Source of the DNA: a virus
Taxonomy: Duplodnaviria > Caudoviricetes
DNA length: 64,000 nucleotides
Strand: one strand, 5' to 3'
IMG/VR virus record: IMGVR_UViG_3300031853_000010
Location: 1 to 64,000 of that record
Shown here: positions 54,013 to 64,000 of the stretch, in pieces
Layout of the letters: each line of letters begins with the position of its first letter
How positions within the stretch are numbered: position 1 is the first letter of the stretch
Made by a program: the position numbers and the translations under genes
The notes under the pieces: model-generated
Databases searched by the model: none
Seen by the model: the letters and a program-made list of their open reading frames with translations, nothing else
What the model was told of the DNA's origin: nothing

Positions 54013-54993
54013 ATGCACGACAGATTCGATGACTACTGGTATCCATAGCAAAAAACGGGTCCAGTTATGCAACCGCCTGGCTTAATGCCACCACCACCAA
54101 AGCCACATATCGAACCTGCTTTTGGTCCAGTTCCTTGTCCTCCTGGAACACAAGAAGAAATAAAACCACTTGTGCCGCCGCAAGGTCCAAGACCACCGAT
54201 ACTTGCACCAATTCCTCATAGACTACCACCAAAGCATACACAAGTACAGCCTCGCTGTTTTACTTGTCGTCATTTCAAGATGTGTAGTTTTAAGAAAGAT
54301 TATCTCAAAACCATTACTTTGGTATAGAATATTCTTGGTGCGCCGCAGGCTGATTATGAACTTACAGACAAATATATTACAATTCCAGACTTTGTTGGTT
54401 TTCCGCTTATTCATGCAGAGAAATATCTGCCAGAAGAAGTAGTGTTCGATAATACCGATAAGAAGGGTAAACTGTTTCTTGCTAAGTTTAATGGTATTAA
54501 CTATGTAAATGCCGTTTATCTTGAGTTTAATCATTACATCCTTATTCAGCTTAAATATAATAAGGATAGCGACCTTTATGAATTAACTTCATGTCAAGAA
54601 GCTTTCTATGGAGTTAAATATGATTTAAACAAAGATTCATTAGAAGAAATGTAGCTTGGTCTTATTGAATGGAGAGAGAAGATTATTAATGCGGTCATGC
54701 CGCCGCCTCCTCCAAGAAAAGATGTTATTAACACAACTCATTTCTCAGCTATGCTTAATTGCGATATGTATGAATGGAATAAAGAAACATTTGAGGAAGC
54801 CGTTGAAAGAATGAAAAGAGAATATCCTTTTGGTATTCCGATTGACGAAGAAGGACACGGTTTCTATCATATTGCTACATTCCATGTTGCTAATGGTGAA
54901 GTTCCTTATTCTCCACTTATCCAAGAAAAGCCATACTTTCCTCCAAAACCGCCAAGGCCACCAAAACCAACTAAAAGATACGGAGATATGTAA
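54013..54993 (+). CDS. proline-rich protein (3 in-frame TAG)
   Basis: Single frame joins three track ORFs; Pro-rich termini, CFTCRH...C. Confidence 0.7.
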
Positions 54994-55385
54994 TGTCAAA
55001 AGGCGAAGATAAAGTTGAGCAACTATTACGTTCTCATAGAATATCTTTTAAACGAGAAGTAAGTTTTCCCGATTTAAAGAGTTTAAAAGGAAATTTACTA
55101 AGATTTGATTTTGCGGTTTATAAAGGCAGAGGTTTGGTGTGTTTAATTGAGTTTGACGGAAAACAACATTTTGAAAGAGTTCCTTACTTTCAAAAAACTA
55201 CTATGGACTTTAAACAGACCCAAGAGTGGGATAGACGTAAAAACGCATACTGTTTAAGAAAAAAGATACCACTTATAAGGATACCTTATTGGGATTACGA
55301 TAATCTCACTTTTGAGTCTATTTTTTCCAATCCTGTTTATAGGGTTAAAAATAAATATCACAATGATTTATTAAATCGGAGGTGA
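54993..55385 (+). CDS. PD-(D/E)XK endonuclease (DUF559/Vsr-like)
   Basis: SKGE, RFDF, IEFDGKQH, D..KN.YC, LIRIPY. Confidence 0.8.
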   Translation: MSKGEDKVEQLLRSHRISFKREVSFPDLKSLKGNLLRFDFAVYKGRGLVCLIEFDGKQHFERVPYFQKTTMDFKQTQEWDRRKNAYCLRKKIPLIRIPYWDYDNLTFESIFSNPVYRVKNKYHNDLLNRR

Positions 55386-55864
55386 AGAAAGTGAATGAAG
55401 TACTTATCGCTGCTATTGCCGCAGGTCTTGGCTCTATCATCACAGTTGTTGGTAAAGTTATCGTTGATATTATCAAGGCGAAGAAAGCACCTGATGAATC
55501 TGATATGCAATTAAAGCAGGCACTCGATGAAGAGAAGAAAAAGAATGATGCGGCTATTGAAACATTTACTAAATTTGGAGAGGAGATTAAAGGTTCAATG
55601 GATGAACTCAAGAGTGAGATGACCCAGAGATTTGAAGATATGGATAAAAAGATAGAATCATATCGAGAGGAAACACGTGAGATAAATAAATCGGAGGTTA
55701 GACACTCTATTACCGAGATTTATTTTGAACATTGTGATGATAAAGTTTTGGATTTGAGGACAAAGGAAGACCTATGCTCATTATATAATGCTTATAGCAA
55801 CATCGGAGGAAATTCCTTCGCGCATGAGCTTTATGAAGAAATGATGACTTGGCAAGTTAAATAA
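55382..55864 (+). CDS. membrane-anchored coiled-coil protein (holin-associated type)
   Basis: N-terminal TM; C-terminal LYNAYSNIGGNS motif. Confidence 0.6.
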   Translation: MKKVNEVLIAAIAAGLGSIITVVGKVIVDIIKAKKAPDESDMQLKQALDEEKKKNDAAIETFTKFGEEIKGSMDELKSEMTQRFEDMDKKIESYREETREINKSEVRHSITEIYFEHCDDKVLDLRTKEDLCSLYNAYSNIGGNSFAHELYEEMMTWQVK

Positions 55865-55871
55865 TGTATTC

Positions 55872-55896
55872 GAGGGCGAGCAATCGCCCTCTTTTT
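55872..55896 (+). terminator. intrinsic terminator
   Basis: GAGGGCGA-GCAA-TCGCCCTC-TTTTT. Confidence 0.85.
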
Positions 55897-55958
55897 GTTG
55901 ACTTTTTTAAAAAAATATTATATAATAAAATTGAAATAAATTTAAAGGAGAAATGTGA

Positions 55959-56519
55959 ATGAAAATCTACACAGATGGTGCTGCGACATTAAGAAAAGTT
56001 GATGGTGAGTATGTAAGAGAAGCTGGCGGCTTCGCTTATATAATGTTAACTGATGATGAGAAAGTCATCATGTCTGCCTATGGCGGCGTTCCAGAGACGA
56101 CAAACAACCGTATGGAGCTTCAAGCTATTAATAAGGCTTTGAGAAAGACAATATTCATGAAAGTAAGTGGCGAAAAGATAAGTGTGTATTCTGACTCTGC
56201 TTATTGTGTAAATATCTTTTCAAGCTGGATAAAGTCTTGGAAGGCTAATAACTGGACAAGAGGTAGAAAGCATGAACCAATTGAGAATGTTGATATTATA
56301 AAAGAAATAGATGAAACAATTGGTCTTTTAAATGCCAACTTTTGTGAAGTTGAGTTTATTAAAGTTAAGGGACATAGCGATGTAAAGTGGAATGAGTATG
56401 TGGATAGATGTGCAGTAGAAGGTAAGAAACGCTCAGGTTCACAGAACTGCCGTCTGTATATTGAGGGCACATATTTTGAGCAAGACGGCAGAGATAACCC
56501 TGCAATGAAAGGTAAATAA
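55959..56519 (+). CDS. rnhA: ribonuclease HI
   Basis: YTDGA, TNNRMEL, SDSAY, KVKGH, NEYVD. Confidence 0.92.
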   Translation: MKIYTDGAATLRKVDGEYVREAGGFAYIMLTDDEKVIMSAYGGVPETTNNRMELQAINKALRKTIFMKVSGEKISVYSDSAYCVNIFSSWIKSWKANNWTRGRKHEPIENVDIIKEIDETIGLLNANFCEVEFIKVKGHSDVKWNEYVDRCAVEGKKRSGSQNCRLYIEGTYFEQDGRDNPAMKGK

Positions 56520-56663
56520 TTCTTATAAAATCAGGTGGTTCGCCTCGAATGACATGAATTCATTAGAGTTTAACCATCTGATTTTTACTTTATAATTACT
56601 AAATCTTGACTTTTTAATCAAGATATGGTATAATAAAAATATAAAATGAAAAGGAGTGAGGAT

Positions 56664-56912
56664 ATGGCTAATATAAGACTTTATTCTACTGGTTGTCCAA
56701 AATGTAATGTGCTTAAAAAGAAGCTTGATGCTTTAAATGCTAAGTATGATATCATTACAGACATGGATGAAATTAAAGGAATTTGTGAAGCAACTCAGAA
56801 TGATTCATTGCCTATCTTACAGGTTGATGAAGCATGGGGAACAGTAACCTATGATTTTGCAAGAGCAATTGACTGGATGAAAAAGGTAGGTGAGAGCAGA
56901 AATGATAACTAA
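56664..56912 (+). CDS. NrdH/glutaredoxin-like redoxin
   Basis: YSTGCPKC, located upstream of nrdD. Confidence 0.8.
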   Translation: MANIRLYSTGCPKCNVLKKKLDALNAKYDIITDMDEIKGICEATQNDSLPILQVDEAWGTVTYDFARAIDWMKKVGESRNDN

Positions 56913-58902
56913 CATTGGAAGAAAAAACAAAAACTTCAAAACCAGATGGAACAAACTCCAGAGTGAGTATGGCACAGAGCTTGCATACTTAAATGGTTTT
57001 GGCGATGACCAGCTTTCTCTTGGTGAATTTATTGATAACTTTGTTGATGAGCCTGTTGTTGGTGACGCTTCTATTGACTCAAATAGTAATGTAAGAAGAA
57101 AGGATATTGTCACTCTTCTTTCTGAAATGCCGAAGCCTCATAGAAAGGTTTTATCATATCAGAAAATTTATTATGAAATGTAGAAAGCATATGGTTTTAA
57201 GGCTGCTAATGAATGGCTCGACCGTGATTGGAAGGGCGAACTTTATATGCATGATGGTGATACAGCGACTTTTAAGCATTATTGCTTTGCTTATGACTTA
57301 AAACCTTTGGCTGAAAAAGGCTTGTTCTTCTTAAAAGACGCTTTCAATCCTAAACCTGCACAGCACTTAACTACATTTATTGACTTTGTTAAGGAATTTA
57401 TTAATTTCGCAAGCAACAGGTCGAGTGGCGCAGTAGGATTGCCAAATCTTATTCCTTATATGTATTATTTCTGGAAACGTGACCAGAAGTGTGCATATTT
57501 GAATATCACATCGTGGGACGCATATGCAGAGCAGAATATTCAGCGTTTCATCTATGCAGTAAATCAGCCCTGTGTAAGAGATGGTCAGCAGTCGGCATTT
57601 ACAAATACTTCTGTATTTGATAGAGAATATCTTATGGCTCTTTTCGGTGGCGCAGAGTTTCCTGATGGAGAACTTATGGTTGACCATATTGAAGGAATCA
57701 TGGATTTCCAGAAACTTTATATGGAAACTATGGCACAAATCCGTCATGATAATATGTTTACTTTTCCTATTTCTACAATGTCTTTTGTAAGAAAGAACGG
57801 TAAGTTTGCTGATGAAGAGTTCGCTGAATGGGGTATTCGTCATAACATGAAGTGGTTTGACTCTAACCTTTTCATTGACGACAATGTTTCAAGTCTTTCT
57901 AACTGTTGCCGCCTCAAGAGCGATATTCGTGACCTCGGCTACTTTAATTCAATTGCTGGTAGTGCTTTAAAAGTTGGTTCTGTTAAGGTTAATACAATTA
58001 ATCTGGCAAGACTTGCTCTTGATACAAACTCAAAAGAAGAATATCTTGAAGAACTTAAAGCAAGAACCCTTTGTGCTGTTCGTTCACTCCACGTCGTTCG
58101 TAATATAATTAAGAGAAACGTAGAGAAGGGATTACTTCCAAACTTCTCATATGGTCTTGTTGATTTTGAACATCTTTATAATACCGTAGGTTTTATTGGT
58201 ATTTATGAGACGATGAAGAAATTTGGATATACGTATCAGGATAAGCTGGGCAATACCTACTACACTTAGGAAGCCGCAGACCTTGGAAAGAAAATTTTTG
58301 AAACAATCAGAGAAGTTTCTAACAACTTCCTTTCTGAAAATGGTTATGATTATAAGATTAACACAGAGCAAATCCCTGGTGAGAATGCAGCAGCCAAACT
58401 TATGCAGAAAGACCAGTTCTTCTATCCTGATGCAGACATTTATGATTTACCGCTTTATGGTAATCAGTTTATGCCGCTTGGTATCAAGGCTACCTTGCAG
58501 GAAAGAGTAAGAGTTCAGGCTATGTTTGATGGCTTCTGTAATGGTGGTTCAATTCTTCATGTTAATCTCGATGGTCCGCTCAAAGACTATGAAACAACCA
58601 GAAGTCTTACTGAATATATCGCAGACCAAGGTGTTACCTATTTCGCATTTAACACAAAAATTCAGTCTTGTGAGGATAATCACGCCTTCTATGGAACTAC
58701 TTGTCCAGTTTGCGGTAAACCAATTGCGACAGAATGGACACGTATTGTAGGCTTTATGACCCCTGTTCATAGCTGGACAAAACCTCGTAAGAAAGAATAT
58801 AAGTTAAGAAATTGGGCTAAACTGAGTAATGATGTAATAACCCTCGAACCGAATGGAGATAAATGTTTATTTACTATTGAAATGAAAGGAGACAATGAAT
58901 GA
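56902..58902 (+). CDS. nrdD: anaerobic (class III) ribonucleotide reductase (2 in-frame TAG)
   Basis: YMHD, YCFA, SGAVG, TFP, NCCRL, EQIPGE, GGSI, C..H...CPVCG, RIVGF; TAG at 57181 and 58267. Confidence 0.93.
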
Positions 58903-59561
58903 TTGAGAGAGATAAGGTGGAGTTTAATACTCCACCTCTTCATAAAATGAAGAGAAGCGATTATGGTATTCTTGATGATTATAGAGACCCAAAATAGTTT
59001 GAAATAGAAATAAAGAATTTAATCGATGAAGACTTTATTAATTACAAAAAGCCTTCTATGTTTATAGCCATGCCTTATTGTTCTTTTAAATGTGATAAAG
59101 AGTGTGGATGCAATGTTTGCCAAAATTCTGAACTTGCTGCCGCACCGTCAATCGGAATGGAAGCTTCGGATATTGCTTTGCGTTTCTATAATAATCCAAT
59201 TACAAAAGCTATCGTTTTCGGCGGGCTTGAGCCATTTGATTCATTTGAACAAATATGTGAAATAATTTCTATGCTATGGACTCTTTGGAATTGTTCTTTT
59301 GATATCAAGGAAATGCCTGATATTATTATTTATACAGGTTATTATCCAGATGAAATAAAGGATATGCTCAAAACACTTAAAACATATGAGAATACTAATA
59401 TTATTATTAAGTTTGGTCGTTTCATTCCAGATAAACCTCATCGTTTTGATGACTTACTTGGAGTGGAATTAGCCAGCAATAATCAGTATGCAATGAAATT
59501 GGAAGATATAAACTTTCCCGATGAACAGGAGGATAAAGGATATGAAAATAAAAGTAAATGA
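58899..59561 (+). CDS. nrdG: RNR activase, radical SAM (1 in-frame TAG)
   Basis: CSFKC...CQN, GGLEP, YTGY, KFGRF, LASNNQ; TAG at 58995. Confidence 0.85.
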
Positions 59562-59769
59562 AAATGACCCCGTTCTCGTTGAAGAAATCCGTGCCGCCTT
59601 GCGTAAAAACAAGGAATTGTTCGGCAAGTTCTACTGCCCTTGCGTTCCAAGTTTTAAATACACAACACAAAATGAACAGGACTATGTATGTCCTTGTAAA
59701 GATTTTCGTGAAAACGTGAAATGCGGTGAGACCTGCCATTGTGGTCTTTATGTAAAGGAGGAAGAATAA
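59542..59769 (+). CDS. ferredoxin:thioredoxin reductase catalytic-domain protein
   Basis: YCPC...CPC...CHCGLY. Confidence 0.85.
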   Translation: MKIKVNENDPVLVEEIRAALRKNKELFGKFYCPCVPSFKYTTQNEQDYVCPCKDFRENVKCGETCHCGLYVKEEE

Positions 59770-60056
59770 TGACACCTTTTGGTTATGAGGATTGGATAAG
59801 AATAGATAAGGCAATAAGAAATATAAATGAAATTTTAGAAGATTTCAAAGGTCAGGAGAGAACTATACTCCTTGAAAGAGCAAACTATTTCAGACCTAAT
59901 GTTGAAGATAAATGTAGTCACTGCATATGTAAAACGTGTTTAATTGCAGAATAGAACGGCGGCGCACCAGGTTGTGGAAATTGTAAATCTTGTCAGAGAA
60001 ATGACTACAATCTTTTTTGCCAAAGTTGTTTCGATTATTACAATCCAAAGAACTGA
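59769..60056 (+). CDS. Cys-rich hypothetical protein (1 in-frame TAG)
   Basis: CSHCICKTC...[TAG]NGGAPGCGNC..C. Confidence 0.6.
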
Positions 60057-60067
60057 TATATGAGAAG

Positions 60068-60113
60068 AAGTCAAGAGTAAAATCTTGACTTTTTTAATTA
60101 TTTATGATATAAT
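60068..60113 (+). promoter_or_regulatory. terminator hairpin overlapping the -35 box of the gyrB promoter
   Basis: AAGTCAAGA-GTAAAA-TCTTGACTT-TTTT; TTGACT 60085-90, TATAAT 60108-13. Confidence 0.65.
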
Positions 60114-60162
60114 TAATTATAGTAATGAAATAATTACAACAAAAGAAAAAGGAGGCTTAATA

Positions 60163-62028
60163 ATGGCTGAAAATATTAGCAATTATGGTATTGATGATAT
60201 CGACCATTTAGAAACTCGTGAAGCCATGCGTGCGCGTATTTAGATGTATCTTGGTTCGGACGACACCGAGGGCATTTATCAGGCTTTAAAAGAAATTATA
60301 AATAACTCTACTGACGAAGCCATTGCTGGCTATGGTAATGAAATTAATATTCTTCTTAATGAAGAAACTAATGAAATTATCGTAAGAGACTATGGTCGTG
60401 GAGTGCCTTTTGGTATGAAGAATGGCAAAAATGTTCTTGTTGCTATCTACACTGAAAGCCACACTGGCGGAAAATTTAATAAGAACTCTTATAAGAATGC
60501 TTCTGGACTTAATGGTATCGGTGGTACTGCTGTTTGCATGAGTTCAGAATACTTTATAGTAAAATCCGAAAGAGATGGTCTTGCCGCCATAGCTGCTTTT
60601 GATAAAGGTAATTTGAAAGATTACAAAGAAACTCCATATGACGGTAATACTACTGGCACAACTGTAACCTTTAAACCTGATAAAGAAGTATTTGTTAATG
60701 ATACAGAAGGCTATTCTTACGATAGAATTTGTGAGGAAATTAAGAATATTTCTTATCTTAATAAAGGAATTAAGTTTGTTGTTGAGACAGTAAGTGGAAA
60801 GAAAAATGAATACTATTCAAAAAATGGTATTGCAGATTTTATCAGAGAAAAGGTAAAGGAACCACTTATGAAGGCACCAATTGTCGTAAGTAAGGCTGAT
60901 GAAACTGATGAGCTTGAAATTGCTTTCATGTGGAGTAGTGGTAGTGAGCAATCTTATGTTTTCGTAAATGGTTTGTATTGCCCATTTGGCGGCTCACCTA
61001 TTACAGGCGCAAAAACAACTCTTACAAGTATGATGAAGAAAGCAAGTGGAATTAATGATTTGGACTCAGACCTTATTCGTAAAGGTCTTGTATATGCAGT
61101 TAACTGTAAAGTTGCAAATCCATCATTTGCTAATCAGACAAAAAACAAGATTAACAATCCTAATTTAAGAACGCTTGCATCAGCAGCTTTTAAGGAGGGT
61201 CTTGAGGAATTCTTCAACAGTCCCGATAGTGCAGCAATCATTGAACTTATGAAGCGTTATCAGAAAGCTGAAAAAGAAGCTGATAAGGTAAGAAAGCAAA
61301 TCATGGAAGCCGCAAAGGATATAGAAAAAATGAGAACTAAGAAAGGTCTTATTCTTGATAAGGTAAGCGATGCTAAGAAGCTTGGTGAAAGTTCTCATCT
61401 TTTAATCTGCGAGGGTGATTCTGCAAGTGGTTCTGCTAAGAAAGGTAGAGATAAGGACCTCCATGGTGTATTTGAAGCAAGAGGTAAAATGCTTAATGCT
61501 CTTACTGCAACAGAAGAAAAATTTCTTAATAATGATGAAATTAAACAACTTCAGGCTGCCGTAGGATTTGATTACAATAAACCTCTTAACCCTAAGAAAT
61601 TAAGATATGGACATATTGACTTCTTCGTTGACCCTGATGTTGACGGTATGCATATTTTCTTACTTGGACTTGTTGTTATCTGGAAAATCTGTCCTGAGTT
61701 TATAAAGCAAGGAAGAGTAGGTTGGTATCATGCACCATTATTTATCGTAACAGATAAGAAGGGTAATAATACTTACTTCTACACAGATGAAGACTATAAT
61801 AAAAATGGTAGAAAACTTAGTGGCGAAGTAAGACGTGTAAAAGGTCTCGGTTTGCTTGAAAAGAAAGAGCTCAGGGAAGCTATCTTCAACTGTCCTGAGT
61901 CTCATGAAGTTTTTGAATATACTCCAGAAGCTATGGAGGCTCTTGAAGCACTCATGGGAGCAGATGTTCAACCTAAAAAAGAATTCATTTTTAACAACAT
62001 CGATTTTAGTAAATATGGTGAGATGTAA
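60163..62028 (+). CDS. gyrB: type IIA topoisomerase subunit B (GyrB/ParE-like; 1 in-frame TAG)
   Basis: RARI[TAG]MYLG, EIINNSTDE, DYGRGVP, HTGGKF, GLNGIG, CEGDSA, RGKMLN, DPDVDG, KGLG. Confidence 0.93.
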
Positions 62029-62085
62029 AAATTTGACTTTTTTGGAAAGCTGTGATATAATTTTATTGTAAAAGGAGTGAAGAAA

Positions 62086-64000
62086 ATGAATTTAAAAGAT
62101 AGAATTGAACAGAGTTTTGCCACTTATGCCGCAATGACAATTCAGCATCGAGCTATGTTTGATGTTCGTGATTGTGTTAAGCCTGCATTAAGAATGGCAA
62201 TGTATGCACAATTTCTTGATAAAATTACATATGATAAACCATATAGAAAAACCCATGTAAGTATGACTTCCGCCATGCAGCATTTCTATGTTCATGGCGA
62301 TGCTTCAATGGTTGATTTGCTTTGTCGTGCCGCCAGCCCTATAAGTATGCGTTATCCTCTTGAAGCTTCAATAGGTAATATGGGCACTTATTCTGGTCTT
62401 ACTGACCATGCCGCACCCCGTTATACAGAAATGAAGTTGGGTGCTATCGGAACTGGTATGCTGAACGGTATTAAGCAGGATTGTATTGATATGTGGTTTG
62501 ATAATTTTGATAATACAGAGCAGTTTCCTGCTGTTCTCCCATCACTGGGATTTTACAATATCGTAAATGGAACAATAGGTATTGCTACTGGTATGGCAAG
62601 TTCCATTCCTCAGTTCAATTTAACAGAAGTTAATGAAGCTATGATAAAGTTGCTCTGGAATCCTGATATTGATTTCGATGAGATTTATTGTGCGCCAGAT
62701 TTTGCTACTGGTGGCACTATTCTTAATGGTGATGAAGTAAAAGAGTCATTAAGAGTAGGACGTGGAAAATCTATCATTCTTCGTGGAACTGTTGAATTTG
62801 ACGAAAAGCAGAACTTACTTCAGGTTACAGAAGTTCCATATGGCGTTGCTACAAATCGTATTAAGAAGGAGATTGGTGGATTGTTTAATCCAGACCCAAA
62901 GGCAAAAATAAAACCTCCTGCAACAGCCTGCGCTGGTATTGAAAGATTTGAAGATTCTTCTGAGGAAATCGTTGATATTTCGGTATGGCTTTCAAAGGGA
63001 GCTATTCCTGCAAATGTAACTCGTAATTTGTATAAGTATACTTCCATTCAGAATTATTTCCCTATTAATATGACCATGCTCGACCACGGCACAAGACCTA
63101 AAGTTTTTGGTTGGAGAGAAGCACTTAATGCACATCTTGAACACGAAAAGGAAATAAGAACTCGCATACATGAGTTTGAGATTAGGAAGATTGATGAAAG
63201 ACTTCCTATTGTTGATGCAATTTGTCTCGCATTGGCGAATGTTGATGAAGTTGTTTCACTTATTCGTGGTTCTTCAAATGCCGCAGAAGCAAGAACTAAG
63301 CTTATGGACCGTTTTGGTTATAATGAGGCTCAGGCTAAGGCTGTTGTTGATATTAAGCTTGGACGTTTAGCTAATCTTGAAATTCAGTCTTTTGTAGATG
63401 AGAAAGAGGAACTTACAAAGTCAAGAGACTATCATGCTCTTGCACTTTCAAATAAAGATACACTTTATAAAGAAATCGAAAAGGATTTAAGAGAAATCGC
63501 CAACAAATATGGTGATGAAAGAAGAACAAGAGTTATTAATCTTGATTATAAACTCGATGGAGAGAAAGCAGCGCCTATTGAGAAGAAGGAACTTCTTATA
63601 CATTTTACTAATCTTGGCAACATATATACACAGACTTCCTCAACTCTTATGACTACTAAGCGTGGCGGAAAAGGTTCAAAGGTTAAGTTAAAGGATAATG
63701 AGATTATTCTTAAGACTATTTCTGACGATAATCTTGGCTCTATTCTTGCATTTTCTAATAAGGGTATTATGTATAGCGCCGCAACCAGCGACCTTCCTAT
63801 TGATTCACGTATAGCCGTATCCCAGCTTTTTGCGTTGAGCGAAGGAGAAACTATTACTAATATTACCTCTTGGTCTCGCCGCGATGCTGTTGATTATTTC
63901 ATATTCATTACTAAGAATGGTATGATTAAGAAGACGGCGGCGAAGGAATATGAACTCAAGAGAGGTAAATCTATTAAGGCAATTAGTCTTGATGATGGCG
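62086..64000 (+). CDS. gyrA: type IIA topoisomerase subunit A (GyrA/ParC-like), runs off the window
   Basis: RA..DVRD..KP, HGDAS, AAPRYTE, GIATG, PDF.TGG, C-terminal pinwheel repeats; no stop before 64000. Confidence 0.92.
   Translation, partial: MNLKDRIEQSFATYAAMTIQHRAMFDVRDCVKPALRMAMYAQFLDKITYDKPYRKTHVSMTSAMQHFYVHGDASMVDLLCRAASPISMRYPLEASIGNMGTYSGLTDHAAPRYTEMKLGAIGTGMLNGIKQDCIDMWFDNFDNTEQFPAVLPSLGFYNIVNGTIGIATGMASSIPQFNLTEVNEAMIKLLWNPDIDFDEIYCAPDFATGGTILNGDEVKESLRVGRGKSIILRGTVEFDEKQNLLQVTEVPYGVATNRIKKEIGGLFNPDPKAKIKPPATACAGIERFEDSSEEIVDISVWLSKGAIPANVTRNLYKYTSIQNYFPINMTMLDHGTRPKVFGWREALNAHLEHEKEIRTRIHEFEIRKIDERLPIVDAICLALANVDEVVSLIRGSSNAAEARTKLMDRFGYNEAQAKAVVDIKLGRLANLEIQSFVDEKEELTKSRDYHALALSNKDTLYKEIEKDLREIANKYGDERRTRVINLDYKLDGEKAAPIEKKELLIHFTNLGNIYTQTSSTLMTTKRGGKGSKVKLKDNEIILKTISDDNLGSILAFSNKGIMYSAATSDLPIDSRIAVSQLFALSEGETITNITSWSRRDAVDYFIFITKNGMIKKTAAKEYELKRGKSIKAISLDDG

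Noticed and set aside
56530-56586. Riboswitch or NrdR box upstream of the nrd operon
   Set aside because: The long hairpin plus T-run lies upstream of the promoter and fits an rnhA terminator; no NrdR consensus is seen.

Overview
A 64-kb segment of a large, AT-rich lytic bacteriophage genome. The host is probably an anaerobic Clostridia/Ruminococcus-type gut or rumen bacterium (inferred from a Ruminococcus-style dockerin repeat, BspA-type LRRs, a GH25 lysin with ChW-like repeats, HPr-like proteins and class III RNR). The phage reads TAG as a sense codon, most likely Gln (translation table 15). In-frame TAGs interrupt gyrB, nrdD, nrdG, thyX, uvrD and all of the large virion-type genes, and in three paralogues TAG aligns with Gln. 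The supplied ORF track therefore fragments or misses many genes. Layout: 1-29.7 kb holds minus-strand accessory genes behind consensus TTGACT-N17-TATAAT promoters, including an RNA-repair toolkit, two tRNAs, a PurA-like/vWA cassette, thyX and uvrD. 29.8-50.9 kb holds minus-strand large putative virion/fibre genes, lysins and a GH113 glycosidase. 51-64 kb holds plus-strand replication and dNTP genes (DNA ligase, RNase H, NrdH-NrdD-NrdG-FTR, type II topoisomerase). The most novel candidate is at 12.3-14.5 kb: a TROVE/Ro60-like (DUF2828-type) vWA gene, apparently co-transcribed with two atypical tRNAs and three copies of a covarying RNA motif (6-bp stem, NNACAGCAAU, variable insert, stem, UGU). 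Two copies carry tRNA-anticodon-like stem-loops (GAU and UGG), and the third sits just upstream of the gene's ribosome-binding site. All calls are by eye; no database searches or folding programs were run.
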